Below are positions 52,318-62,350 of a stretch of 64,000 nt of DNA, piece by piece; position 1 is the stretch's first letter; the number at the start of each line of letters is the position of its first letter. The position numbers and the translations under genes were made by a program. Source of the stretch: Bradymonadia bacterium (GTDB taxonomy: Bacteria; Myxococcota_A; Bradymonadia; UBA7976; UBA1532); the NCBI GenBank assembly GCA_046290225.1, contig JBKAGE010000035.1, positions 224,001 through 288,000 on the forward strand, read 5' to 3'. The notes beneath the pieces are model-generated. The model ran no database searches and was not told where the DNA came from. It worked only from the letters and a program-made list of their open reading frames with translations.

Positions 52318-54156
52318 TCAAAGTGCGCGACCCACGACCCCGCGGATAAGCCCTGACTTGTCACCGCAGTCATAACGCTCCGCCGCCATCAGCGTCGACA
52401 CCGACCGGTGAGGCTCTGCGTCGAGGGCCTGAGCCTTCAAGTGCCCGCAAATGCGCTCGTGCTCTGCCGCAATGATGTCGAACACCCGGCCCGCCAGCCG
52501 CCGTGAGAGTTCCACCTGTATCGCGCTGCGAGTGGGCATGCGCAGGGGATCACCTTCGACGTTGTATTGGGGCTCCGGGTCTACCTCTCGATCGCTGGCT
52601 TCGAACTGCACCCGTGCAGTGAGGGTATGAGGGTACAGGCCTTTAACCGTCACCTCTGCGGCGAGGCGGGCGCTCAAGCTCACGTGGCGGATCGCGTACA
52701 CGTGATCACGCCAGACCTCTTCCTGCAGCGTAGGGGGCACCGACGACAGGCCTGCGCCGCAATCAGAGAGCTTTCGGCTGCTGTTGCAGATGCTCGGGCG
52801 TCGACAGTAAGGCACAGAGCGGTTGTTGGCCCGGGCCTCGGCCTGGCGCGCTTCACAGCTGCGAAACGTCGTCATGTCATTGTCGTACTGGCGCTGGCAG
52901 CGCTCATAGTCCGAGGTGCTGTTCTGACAGCGGCGCTCAGCGTCGAGATAGGCGGGGTTGGGCACTTCACGGTGACCGGCGAGGTAGGTCGATCGGCCCT
53001 CGGTCATGTCTTCGCGGCGATCAGTGACCATATCGGCAGGGATGTGCACCTCGACGGCGAACCCTGGCTGGCTCACGGCCCTGCTGGATGCGCCCTTGCT
53101 CACCTCGACCCGAGCCCACTGGGCGATCTGGTCTGCTCGGCGTTTCACCGACTGTGACGTATGGAACACGAAGTCACCGAGGCTCTCCCGGCCCTTGATC
53201 TTCACGCTGACGGGAAGCGCAGGTGTGTCGCGCCTCTCTCTGGCGACGCGCGCTCTCGCTTTGCTGGTGATGGCCAGGTTGCCGTACAGCCGATCAACAG
53301 CCATGGCGAAGTGGCTGAGATCTGCGCCTTCGAGTCGGCCCCTTTCCAGGGTTTCGCCGACCCAGCGGTCGAGGTGGCGACGGGCGTGTACTCGGGCCAC
53401 GTCGCAGCTCTGAGCCACAGGGTGCTCAGCGGGCCAGCGGGCCTTGCGCACATAATCCATGCAGTCTGCGAGCGTGCTCACAGAGCGCGAGGAGGCACCC
53501 GCGAGACCATCGAGGGCGCGCCTCAGCGTGGCGACGGGGGCTTCGAGGGCTTTGTCGGGGCACCAGTTCGACGCCTTCTCCAGGGCGGTGAGCCCCGGGC
53601 GCAGGCGAGCAAAGCGAGGGGCCACATCACCATTGCTCGAATCACCCATGCCCGCAGGGGCTGCCTCGGCGAGGCGTCGATCCGCCGTGGTGGAGAAGTA
53701 GGTGCAGACCTGATCTTTCTGATCGCGAATCAACGCGCGCACGATGGGCAAGGCGCGATGAGCAAGGGCACGATGCAGACGCTCGGCTCTGCACCCAGCC
53801 TCGTCACCGCACTGGGCCGTCTCGGAGAGCGCTGCCACCTCGACGCGATATTGAGTCTTGCCTAGTGGGCAAGGCGGCACGGACTGGCTGGAGAGTACAC
53901 GGGCGGCACCCTGCAAATCGCCGGTGCTGATCAACCGCTCGACGCGTGCCTCGGTCTTCTTTTGAAGGGTGCCGCAAATCTCTCTGATGAAGGCGCGGCA
54001 GCCATCGTCATCTCGGTACCCGTCACACTCTTCGGCAGCATAGGCGTAGACATCAGGGGCCTTCGCCGAGCCCTGCACCAAGTCCTGGTAGGATGGCCCG
54101 CATGCAGTGAGCAGCCACAGCATCGCCACAGAAACAGCCATTCGAATGTGCATCAT
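52318..54156 (-). CDS. Cys-rich hypothetical lipoprotein
   Basis: LTAC lipobox, 612 aa ORF with many cysteines. Confidence 0.65.
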   Translation of the reverse strand: MMHIRMAVSVAMLWLLTACGPSYQDLVQGSAKAPDVYAYAAEECDGYRDDDGCRAFIREICGTLQKKTEARVERLISTGDLQGAARVLSSQSVPPCPLGKTQYRVEVAALSETAQCGDEAGCRAERLHRALAHRALPIVRALIRDQKDQVCTYFSTTADRRLAEAAPAGMGDSSNGDVAPRFARLRPGLTALEKASNWCPDKALEAPVATLRRALDGLAGASSRSVSTLADCMDYVRKARWPAEHPVAQSCDVARVHARRHLDRWVGETLERGRLEGADLSHFAMAVDRLYGNLAITSKARARVARERRDTPALPVSVKIKGRESLGDFVFHTSQSVKRRADQIAQWARVEVSKGASSRAVSQPGFAVEVHIPADMVTDRREDMTEGRSTYLAGHREVPNPAYLDAERRCQNSTSDYERCQRQYDNDMTTFRSCEARQAEARANNRSVPYCRRPSICNSSRKLSDCGAGLSSVPPTLQEEVWRDHVYAIRHVSLSARLAAEVTVKGLYPHTLTARVQFEASDREVDPEPQYNVEGDPLRMPTRSAIQVELSRRLAGRVFDIIAAEHERICGHLKAQALDAEPHRSVSTLMAAERYDCGDKSGLIRGVVGRAL

Positions 54157-54206
54157 CAGTGGTCCTGTTATCTTCCCTCTCCGGATACGTTCACCGGAGC
54201 CCCAAC

Positions 54207-55109
54207 ATGCAACCCATCCTCATCACAGGTGCACATGGCCAGCTCGGTTGGGCCTTGCAGAGCGCAGTGGCTCCGTTGGGACCCGTGGCAGCTCTCGACC
54301 GGCAGGGACTCGATCTATCAGACCATCGCGCCATCGCCGAGACCATCGCCGAGCTCAAACCCTCGGTGGTGCTCAACGCTGGTGCCTACACCGCTGTCGA
54401 CAAAGCCGAAGAGGCCCCTGCCCGGGCCATGGCCATCAACGGCACCGCCCCCGGCGTAATCGCCGAAGCCGCCAAGGCCGTTGATGCCGCCGTTGTGCAC
54501 TTCAGCACCGACTATGTCTTCAGCGGCACGGGCATCTCCGACCACAGCGGGGCCCTGCGACCCTATGTGGAGTCCGATCCCGTCGCGCCGATCAACACCT
54601 ATGGCCAGAGCAAGCTCGCCGGAGAGCTGGCCATCGATGCCGTAGGCGGGCGCTGGACCACACTGCGCCTCGCCTGGATATACGACGGCACCCGCGGACA
54701 AAACTTCTTGCGAACGATGCTGAGGCTGGGGGCCAGCCACCCTGAGCTGTCTGTGGTGGAAGACCAACGGGGCGCCCCCACCTGGGTTCGACCTGTGGCT
54801 GCCGCTGTAGCGCAGATCACCGCAGCGCATTTGCGCGGTGACGAGGCCGCTCAAGGGTTGTTCCACCTGCCAGCGGGTGGTCAAACCACCTGGTTCGAAT
54901 ATGCACAGCACATCTTCAAGCGTGCCGCCCCTCGGCTGATCGCCCAGTCGCCTGTGGTGAAGCCGGTCTCCAGCGAGGCCTGGCCCACGCCGGCGGCGCG
55001 TCCTCGTTACTCAGTGATGTCGGGCGATTTGCTCGCCGAACGGCTGGGCTTGCGATTGCCCCACTGGCAGGCCCAGCTCGACCTCGCCCTCGGGGAGATC
55101 ACAGGCTGA
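54207..55109 (+). CDS. rmlD: dTDP-4-dehydrorhamnose reductase
   Basis: ITGAHGQLG, AYTAVDKAE, STDYVF, YGQSK, DQRGAPT, AARPRYS. Confidence 0.95.
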   Translation: MQPILITGAHGQLGWALQSAVAPLGPVAALDRQGLDLSDHRAIAETIAELKPSVVLNAGAYTAVDKAEEAPARAMAINGTAPGVIAEAAKAVDAAVVHFSTDYVFSGTGISDHSGALRPYVESDPVAPINTYGQSKLAGELAIDAVGGRWTTLRLAWIYDGTRGQNFLRTMLRLGASHPELSVVEDQRGAPTWVRPVAAAVAQITAAHLRGDEAAQGLFHLPAGGQTTWFEYAQHIFKRAAPRLIAQSPVVKPVSSEAWPTPAARPRYSVMSGDLLAERLGLRLPHWQAQLDLALGEITG

Positions 55110-55174
55110 AGCCAGAGGGTCGAGCGCCTCTCTGACTTCAAGGCTGGCCACCGGGGTCGTTTTGTTGGAGTCTC

Positions 55175-56860
55175 GTGACGCCCGAGTGCGGAGTGAACAG
55201 GTTTATGCACGCGTACATTCGATCGTGGAGTGGGCTGCTTCTGAGCCTTGTGCTGGTGTGCAGCGCCCATGCTCAGAGCCCCACCGAGAGCCCGACACCA
55301 GCCGTGGAGACACCGCCAGAGACGGCTGTCGCAGCACCTGAGTCGAAGTCAGCTGAGTCAACGACACCTGAGGCGGCGCCATCTGAGTCGGGCTCACCTG
55401 ACACGCCACCGGCTGAAGGCCAGTCTGAGGCAACAGAGCCAACAACGGCGGCACCAGCGGAGGCATCTCCGCCGGCTCAGGCTGCAACGGTGGAGCGCAC
55501 CGAGGCGACCCCCGCGGCTGAAGAGAAGGCCGATCCGGCATCTGAGGTGGATCTCTCCGACGCCCCACCTGCAGATCAAGCGGGGGGCATCGCGGTGCCC
55601 GAAGATCACAGCGTACGGAACGGGCTGCTCTGGGTGCCCAGAGTGCTGCTGTTTCTGCCGAGGTGGGCGCTGGAGCTGGCTTTTGTGCCGCTCCGAGCCG
55701 TCGCCTGGGCCTTCGAGCGTCTCGACTACGTGGTCACCATCTTCACCGACTTCTTCTTCACTGAAGATCGGCGCTTCGGGGCCTACCCCACCGCCCTCTT
55801 CGAGACCGGCTTCGGTCTCAACATCGGCGCTCGGGTCGAGGGCAATGATCTCTTGGGCTATGGCGAAAAATACCGTCTGCGGGCGGGTTTCGGCGGTGAG
55901 TTCCGGCAGATCTATCAGTTCCGCTTCACCAGCGGGAGCCTGCTCGGCGATCGATTCAACCTCGAGCTGCAAGCCCGATACAACATCGCTCCGGGTCGGC
56001 CTTTCTACGGCATCGGCAACGGCGACATCACCGAGTTCGAGGCCGGTGATCCCGTGAGCGATCCTCTGGGTGGTGTGGCGATCAACACCCGCTACCGTGA
56101 GAACCGCCTGCGGTGGGGCGCCCTGTTGAGTGCTTCTGCAGGGCCCTTCAACTTCAGGTTGGGTCACATCTGGCAGATCAGGACCTTCGCCCAGACCCCC
56201 TCGGACACGGCCACGGTACTCACTGAAGCCTATGACCAGTCCCGACTCGTGGGGTACGCCGAGGAGCTCTTCAACGTTTATAACGAGCTGGCCATCACCT
56301 TCAGCACGCTGAAGCCCGCTCACCCCTGGATCTCCAGGGCCACCCCCTCGACGGGCTGGCAAATCACCACCTTCGCCGGCCACACCAAGGGGGTCACCGA
56401 CGATCCCTCGGATTACATCCGCACCGGCATCGACATCGAGCGCTACATCAACCTGGCCTTCGGTGATCGTGTCTTGCTGCTGCGGGGTTTCATCGACACC
56501 ACCATCGGCACTCGGGAGCACATCCCCTTCGACAGCTACCCCATGCTCGGGGGCGGGCAGTTCCTGAGAGGCTACCCCGTGGACCGGTTCCGAGATCGCG
56601 TCGCCGGCCAGCTGACCGCCGAGTACATGTACGCCCTCAACCAGAACCTCGCGACCTACCTGTTCACCGACATCGGGCGGGTCTGGGAAGAGCCCAGCGC
56701 CATGCAGTGGCAGAACATGCGGCAGACCTACGGCGGCGGGGTGCAGTTCCACTCTCTCGAGAGCTTCGTCTTCCGGTTCCAGGTGGCCGCCTCTGAGGAG
56801 GGTGACCTCTTCTTCGTGTTCAACATCAACCCCATCCAGCAGACCCGGGCGAGATTTTGA
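55175..56860 (+). CDS. Omp85 (BamA/TamA)-family outer-membrane protein; start uncertain
   Basis: Signal peptide, Pro/Ala/Glu linker, LGG..LRGY..RFRD lid motif, terminal Phe. Confidence 0.85.
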   Translation: MTPECGVNRFMHAYIRSWSGLLLSLVLVCSAHAQSPTESPTPAVETPPETAVAAPESKSAESTTPEAAPSESGSPDTPPAEGQSEATEPTTAAPAEASPPAQAATVERTEATPAAEEKADPASEVDLSDAPPADQAGGIAVPEDHSVRNGLLWVPRVLLFLPRWALELAFVPLRAVAWAFERLDYVVTIFTDFFFTEDRRFGAYPTALFETGFGLNIGARVEGNDLLGYGEKYRLRAGFGGEFRQIYQFRFTSGSLLGDRFNLELQARYNIAPGRPFYGIGNGDITEFEAGDPVSDPLGGVAINTRYRENRLRWGALLSASAGPFNFRLGHIWQIRTFAQTPSDTATVLTEAYDQSRLVGYAEELFNVYNELAITFSTLKPAHPWISRATPSTGWQITTFAGHTKGVTDDPSDYIRTGIDIERYINLAFGDRVLLLRGFIDTTIGTREHIPFDSYPMLGGGQFLRGYPVDRFRDRVAGQLTAEYMYALNQNLATYLFTDIGRVWEEPSAMQWQNMRQTYGGGVQFHSLESFVFRFQVAASEEGDLFFVFNINPIQQTRARF

Positions 56861-56874
56861 AGCAGGAGGCCAAC

Positions 56875-58566
56875 ATGCAATTCACACGTCTCGTAGTCAT
56901 GACGGGCCTGCTGTGGGGCCTCGTGGGATGTGGCGGCGCCGTGAGCGAGCTCCGCTTCGAAAACGCCCCGCCGGTCTGGCAGGTGAACGATCGCCTCGAC
57001 GTGCCCGAGAAGCCGCCCGAGCGTGAGTTCGCGCGCTATCAGTACTATCTCGACGCCTACCTCACCCGGAACCTGCCCCGGTACATGTCGGTCCCGGTGC
57101 CCACCCACGCCCTCGACGTGAACAGCTTCGACGAGGTGCCCGACTCGACATGGTTCGTGAACCGGGTGGGCGTGCGCGACGTGAGCCCCGACGAGATCAG
57201 GCAGGGGCCCAACACCGATGATCCCGAGCCGCCATGGGAGATCCTGAGCAGCAAGGTGGGGGGCAAGTCACTGGGCTTCTTGATCCGAGACGCCAGGGGC
57301 CGCCGCTACCTGCTCAAGTTCGATGCCCCTGGCCACCCCGAAGTGGAGACAGGGGCCGATGTCGTAGCCCAGCGCCTGTTCTGGGCCCTGGGCTATCACG
57401 TGCCTGAGGACTCGGTGGTGTTCTTCACCCCCGATCAGCTGACCTTGAAGAAGGGCGCCTACCAAAAAGACATCTTCGGCAACAAGTTGCCTCTCGAGCA
57501 GGCACAGATCGATCGACAAATGAACTCGCTGCCGGTGATGGCCGATGGCCGCCGCCGAGCCCTCGCGAGCAAGTTCCTCGATGGTGTCCCCATCGGCGGC
57601 TACGCCCAGGAAGGCGTGCGAGAGGAAGATCCCAACGACACGATCCCCCACGAAGATCGCCGCGTGATCCGGGGGCAGTACATCTTCTTCTCATGGCTGC
57701 GCCACACCGACATCAAGGAAGATAACTGGCTGGACATGTGGGCCGAGTCACCGGACGGGAAGAGCCACTACATCGTGCACTACCTGCTCGACTTCGGTAA
57801 GGCCCTCGGCGTGATGAGCCGCCAGAACCGCCAGCCCTTCGACGGCTACACCTACGTCGCCATGGACTACCCCCAGATCCTGGCCAGCTTCTTCAGCCTG
57901 GGCCTGTGGGTGCGCCCCTGGGAGGGCTGGACCGCCTACCGCCCCCACGGCGCCGGTGACTTCGACATCGAGCACTTCCACCCCGGCGAGTTCAAGGTGC
58001 GCCAGCCCTTCACCCCGTTCTTGCGGCGAGATCGGGCAGACGACTTCTGGGGCGCCAAGCTGCTCATGCGCCTCACCGAGCCGCAGATCCGCGCCGCCGT
58101 GGAGATGGGCCGCTACAGTCAGCAGGAGACCACGGACTACCTCGTGAAGACCCTCGTGGGCCGACAGCGCAAGATCGGCAGCTACTGGTTCCAGTTCATG
58201 GCCCCCCTCGATCAGTTCACCGTGAAGCAGGACACCTTCTGCTTCGATGATCTGCAGCTGCTCTACACGCTGCCGGCCTGGGATGAAGACGTAGATCTGA
58301 GCAAGACCCGCTACACCGCCCGCAGCTACGACTATGCCGGCGGGTCGACCTCGTGGTCCGCCGAGGCGACACCCAACGCCGAGGGCCACGCCTGCCTCAA
58401 GGGCCTCGAGGCCGCAAGCGACGACCACGATGGCTATACGATCCTGGAGATCACCACGACCCGCGGCGATGACACGATGCCCCCGGTCTTCGTCCACCTC
58501 GCCCGGCCCAAGGGTGAGGCAGAGCGACCCCTCTCGGTCATCGGCATTCGGCGAGAGAGCCGGTAA
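56875..58566 (+). CDS. Lipoprotein with atypical protein-kinase-like motifs
   Basis: AGGAGG RBS, LVGC lipobox; GGKS, YLLKFD, E, HTDIKEDN, LLDFG in kinase subdomain order. Confidence 0.65.
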   Translation: MQFTRLVVMTGLLWGLVGCGGAVSELRFENAPPVWQVNDRLDVPEKPPEREFARYQYYLDAYLTRNLPRYMSVPVPTHALDVNSFDEVPDSTWFVNRVGVRDVSPDEIRQGPNTDDPEPPWEILSSKVGGKSLGFLIRDARGRRYLLKFDAPGHPEVETGADVVAQRLFWALGYHVPEDSVVFFTPDQLTLKKGAYQKDIFGNKLPLEQAQIDRQMNSLPVMADGRRRALASKFLDGVPIGGYAQEGVREEDPNDTIPHEDRRVIRGQYIFFSWLRHTDIKEDNWLDMWAESPDGKSHYIVHYLLDFGKALGVMSRQNRQPFDGYTYVAMDYPQILASFFSLGLWVRPWEGWTAYRPHGAGDFDIEHFHPGEFKVRQPFTPFLRRDRADDFWGAKLLMRLTEPQIRAAVEMGRYSQQETTDYLVKTLVGRQRKIGSYWFQFMAPLDQFTVKQDTFCFDDLQLLYTLPAWDEDVDLSKTRYTARSYDYAGGSTSWSAEATPNAEGHACLKGLEAASDDHDGYTILEITTTRGDDTMPPVFVHLARPKGEAERPLSVIGIRRESR

Positions 58567-58570
58567 GGCC

Positions 58571-59629
58571 ATGCGAGCGCTCGTCATCCTCCTGCTGTTC
58601 AGCGCACTCTCCTGCCGCAGCAACATCAGGCAGAAGGTGGTCCCCGTCGATCCCGGCCAGATGACGAGCTTGTACGCACACCACGAAGGCAAAGAGCGTC
58701 TCGTCATCCTGAACTATGGCGACGCTGGTGATCCGTCCAACGGTGAGTACCAGCAGATGACCGCGAACTTGATGCACGCGATCTGCCAGGCCAAGCAGTG
58801 TGACTTCGCCCTGGTGAACGGCGACAACATCTACGAGCGTGGGGTCTCCTCAGAGGACGACGATGCGTTCCTGAGCCATTTCGAGAACATCTACGAGAAG
58901 TTCGGGCGCTTCGACTTCTGGTCCGTGCTTGGGAACCACGACTGGCGCCTGAGCGCTCAGGGCGAGGTGAACTACACGCTCAAGTCCACGCGCTGGCGTA
59001 TGCCCCACGCGTGGTTCGAGGTGCCCGCGTTGCCCGACTGGATCACGATCTTCGGCCTCGACACGACCATCATCCACACGCGGATCAAGCTCGACGACCC
59101 AAAACAGACCAATGAGTGGGAGGCCCGCGTCGCCGAGCAGCATGCATCTGCGAAGCGGGCGCTGTGCAATGGCAAGGGCGGCTGGAAGCTGATCTTCAGC
59201 CACCACTTCCACTACACGAGCAGCGTGAAACGGATCGGCGACAATAACCGGAACATGCACCAGCTCATCGATCCGCTGATCCGAGAGTGCGGCGTACAGG
59301 TGTTCTCGGCGGGACACGATCATCACCTCGAGTTGTTGCACGTCGACTCCAACGCGAGCGCGTTCGAAGAGCATGGCCCGTATGTGCAAATCATCAGTGG
59401 GGCAGGGGGCCGCAAAGTGCGCGAGCTTGTTCCTTCAGATGACCCGAGGGTGAAGGATCGCAAAGGGGTGCATCAGCGCTTCGCCCGGCAGCAATACGGG
59501 TTCAACCTGCTCATCTTCACCCCCGACACGCTCACCATCGAGTTCTACACAATCGACCAGCCTGATCAGACGCCGGTCCATACCGAGACCTACCACCTGT
59601 CCGACTTCGAAAAAGACACACTCCAATGA
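58571..59629 (+). CDS. Metallophosphoesterase lipoprotein (purple acid phosphatase-like)
   Basis: ALSC lipobox; GDAG, GDNIY, GNHD, SHH, GHDH. Confidence 0.9.
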   Translation: MRALVILLLFSALSCRSNIRQKVVPVDPGQMTSLYAHHEGKERLVILNYGDAGDPSNGEYQQMTANLMHAICQAKQCDFALVNGDNIYERGVSSEDDDAFLSHFENIYEKFGRFDFWSVLGNHDWRLSAQGEVNYTLKSTRWRMPHAWFEVPALPDWITIFGLDTTIIHTRIKLDDPKQTNEWEARVAEQHASAKRALCNGKGGWKLIFSHHFHYTSSVKRIGDNNRNMHQLIDPLIRECGVQVFSAGHDHHLELLHVDSNASAFEEHGPYVQIISGAGGRKVRELVPSDDPRVKDRKGVHQRFARQQYGFNLLIFTPDTLTIEFYTIDQPDQTPVHTETYHLSDFEKDTLQ

Positions 59630-60810
59630 CTCAGATCCCTGCCGGCTTCCGGCTCTCTGGCCTGCACTGCGGCATCAAAAAGAACGGCGCCCTCGATCTG
59701 GGGCTCATCGTTTGTGACTCGGGCACGATCTGCGCCGGCGTCTACACCACCAACCTCGTGGTGGCGGCTCCGGTGGTCCTGAGCCGAACGCGTCTGCAGG
59801 CGAGCGCCGAGGTGGGGGCGGTCATCGTCAACAGCGGCAACGCCAACGCCTGTACCGGCGATCAGGGCATGTCCGACGCAGAAGACATGACCGCCGCGGT
59901 GGGGGCGCTGCTCGATGTCGATCCGGCAGCAGTGCAGGTGTGCAGCACCGGCGTGATCGGCGCGCCCTTGCCCATGGCCGTGATCACCGAGGGGCTGCCC
60001 CAGGTGGTCGAGGCGGCGACGGCCGAGGGTTTGCCGGCCTTCGCCGAAGCCATCATGACCACGGATACCCGCCCCAAGCACCGTACGGTCTCGGGTGAGA
60101 TCGCCGGCCGCACGATCACCGTGGCGGGGACCTGCAAAGGGGCGGGCATGATCCACCCCAACATGGCCACGATGCTGGCGTTCCTGCTCACCGACGCGCC
60201 CATCGCCGCAGCTGATCTGCAATCGATCTGGGCTCGAGTGTGCACGCGCACCTTCAACGCCATCACGGTGGACGGCGACACCAGCACCAACGACACGGCG
60301 CTGCTGCTGGCGAGCGGCGCTGCAGGCGGTGAAGCCCTGACAGGTGCTGATCTCGAAGCCTTTGAGGCGCTGGTGGAGCCCATCGCCCGCGAGCTGGCTC
60401 TGGACATCATCCGCGACTCCGAAGGGGGCACGAAGACGGTGGCCATCACGGTCTCTGGTGCCGCATCGACCGCCGAGGCACGGCAGGCAGCGCAGACGAT
60501 CGCCCTGAGCCCGCTGGTGAAGACGGCCATCCACGGCGAAGATCCGAACTGGGGCCGCATCGTCGCCGCAGCAGGCCGCGCCGGCGTGCAGATCGCGCCT
60601 GATCGCGTGAGTGTGCGCATCGACGATGTGGTGATTTACGCGGAAGGGGTCTGGCAAGGCCCCGAATCAGAAGCCCGGGCCCACACGATCATGAAGACGC
60701 CGGAGTATCCGATTCAGATCGACCTGGGGGTGGGTGAGGCCAGCTCGACGGTGTTCACCTGCGATTTCAGCAAGGGGTACATCGACATCAACGCCTCTTA
60801 TCGATCCTAA
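59626..60810 (+). CDS. argJ: Ornithine acetyltransferase / N-acetylglutamate synthase
   Basis: NSGNANACTG, AIMTTDT, KGAGMIHPNMATML, DGDTSTND, DPNWGRI. Confidence 0.97.
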   Translation: MTQIPAGFRLSGLHCGIKKNGALDLGLIVCDSGTICAGVYTTNLVVAAPVVLSRTRLQASAEVGAVIVNSGNANACTGDQGMSDAEDMTAAVGALLDVDPAAVQVCSTGVIGAPLPMAVITEGLPQVVEAATAEGLPAFAEAIMTTDTRPKHRTVSGEIAGRTITVAGTCKGAGMIHPNMATMLAFLLTDAPIAAADLQSIWARVCTRTFNAITVDGDTSTNDTALLLASGAAGGEALTGADLEAFEALVEPIARELALDIIRDSEGGTKTVAITVSGAASTAEARQAAQTIALSPLVKTAIHGEDPNWGRIVAAAGRAGVQIAPDRVSVRIDDVVIYAEGVWQGPESEARAHTIMKTPEYPIQIDLGVGEASSTVFTCDFSKGYIDINASYRS

Positions 60811-61391
60811 AGAACTGACCGAGAGTCGAGTTGGCCAATCACGGAGGTGGTGGCTGAGCCCTTGTAGGCAGTCATCGCTTCGCTCTGCCTGCGTAGGCAG
60901 CTGCCGACGGCCGGCCTTCGGCCCGCCTTGGAGCTGCGTACACGTTCGGGCATCCGCTCGCGCGGACACCCTTTCGGGTAGGCAGGGTCGCTCAATGCTG
61001 ACGCATTGATTGCTCGCTCCCCTGCGTACAGAGCTTCTTCTGTATCTTGTTGCTGAACCCCGCCGGGATTCGACCTACCGCGAACCTGCAAGCTCCTGAG
61101 TCCCAACGCTTGGCGAAAGCCCCAACAGCATTGGGGGTGCCCTCAAAGCCACACCAGAACTGACTTTTTACGCAGGGGAGCGAGCGAGAAGGGCGTAGCC
61201 CTGAGCGACCCTGCCTACCCGGGAAGGTGCCTGCCTCAGCAGGTGCCTGAACGTGTACGCGACCGACGAGGTTGCCCGAAGGGCGACCGAAGGCCGGGCG
61301 CTTACGCAGGCAGAGCGAAGCGATGACTGCCTACAAGGGCTCAGCCACCACCTCCGCGACTGGCCTATTCGACTCTTGGTCAGATTTCTAG
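60807..61391. mobile_element. Nested palindromic non-coding element, copy B
   Basis: Arms match copy A at 13319-13818 with an extra ~45 bp outer inverted repeat (CTAAAGAACTGACC...GGTCAGATTTCTAG); core inverted relative to copy A; lies between convergent argJ and rlmH. Confidence 0.82.
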
Positions 61392-61424
61392 AGCACCATG
61401 AGGTTCCACCGCTCTGCAACGGCA

Positions 61425-61895
61425 TCAGCGGTGGTAAGGCGCCCCTGCCAGGATCATCCCCGCCCGATACAGCTGCTCTGCCAGAACCAGGCGAGCCATC
61501 TCGTGGGGCAGGGTGATGCGGCCCAAGCTCCAAATCTTGTTAGCGCGCTTGCGCACTGAAGGATCGAGGCCATCAGGGCCGCCGATGATGAAGGCCACCT
61601 CGGGCACCCCCTCATCTCGACGATCAGCGAGCCATCGGGCGAACCCCTGGGAATCCCAGGTGTGACCCCCTTCGTCGAGGGCCACCACCAAACCCGGTGA
61701 AGGCATCGCCGCCATCAAGGCTTTGGCCTCTTGTTGACGCCACCGATCGACAGAGCCACCGCCTCTGCGGTTGGGCTCTTTGACCTCGACGACACGATGA
61801 GGGAAGTGACGTCGTAGACGGGTGAAGTACTCGTCGCACCCGGCCTGGGTGAACGACATCTTCAGCTTGCCTACGGCAATGACTGAGAGCTTCAT
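61425..61895 (-). CDS. rlmH: 23S rRNA m3-pseudouridine-1915 methyltransferase
   Basis: IAVGK, ALDEGG, FIIGGPDGL, TLPHEMARLVLAEQLYRA, PYHR. Confidence 0.96.
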   Translation of the reverse strand: MKLSVIAVGKLKMSFTQAGCDEYFTRLRRHFPHRVVEVKEPNRRGGGSVDRWRQQEAKALMAAMPSPGLVVALDEGGHTWDSQGFARWLADRRDEGVPEVAFIIGGPDGLDPSVRKRANKIWSLGRITLPHEMARLVLAEQLYRAGMILAGAPYHR

Positions 61896-61957
61896 TGTCT
61901 TTTCGCGCCCGGCCCGAAGATCAACGCCTCGGGCCGAGCATCAGCGGGTGGTTGAGA

Positions 61958-62350
61958 TCAGTGGGCCAACGCGGTGAGGAAGCCCGGGGAGTACTCCGCA
62001 CCTTCGGGCTCGTAATCCACCCTCGGCGCGTCTTCCCACAGGCTCTCCAGATCGCGGTATGCCCGCTCCTCCTCTTGGAACACGTGCACCACCACGTCAC
62101 CGAAGTCGAGCAGGGCCCAGAGGCCCTCCCGAGCACCCTCGGTGCCCAGGGTGCGCACCCCGAGCTCCGAGCGGGCCGAGCGCTCCAGGTGATCGGCCAT
62201 GGCCGCCACCTGACGATCGCTGCGACCGCTGGCGATGACGAGATAGCTGGTGTAGCCCACCAGCGCCTCCACATCGAGAATGAGGATATCGACACCCTTC
62301 TTCTCGTTGAGGGCGTCCGCGAGGAACATTGCGAGTTCTTTGGCTTCCAT
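61958..62350 (-). CDS. rsfS: Ribosome silencing factor
   Basis: KKGVDI, VIASG.S.RQV, WALLDFGDVVVHVF, Y.LE.LW. Confidence 0.96.
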   Translation of the reverse strand: MEAKELAMFLADALNEKKGVDILILDVEALVGYTSYLVIASGRSDRQVAAMADHLERSARSELGVRTLGTEGAREGLWALLDFGDVVVHVFQEEERAYRDLESLWEDAPRVDYEPEGAEYSPGFLTALAH

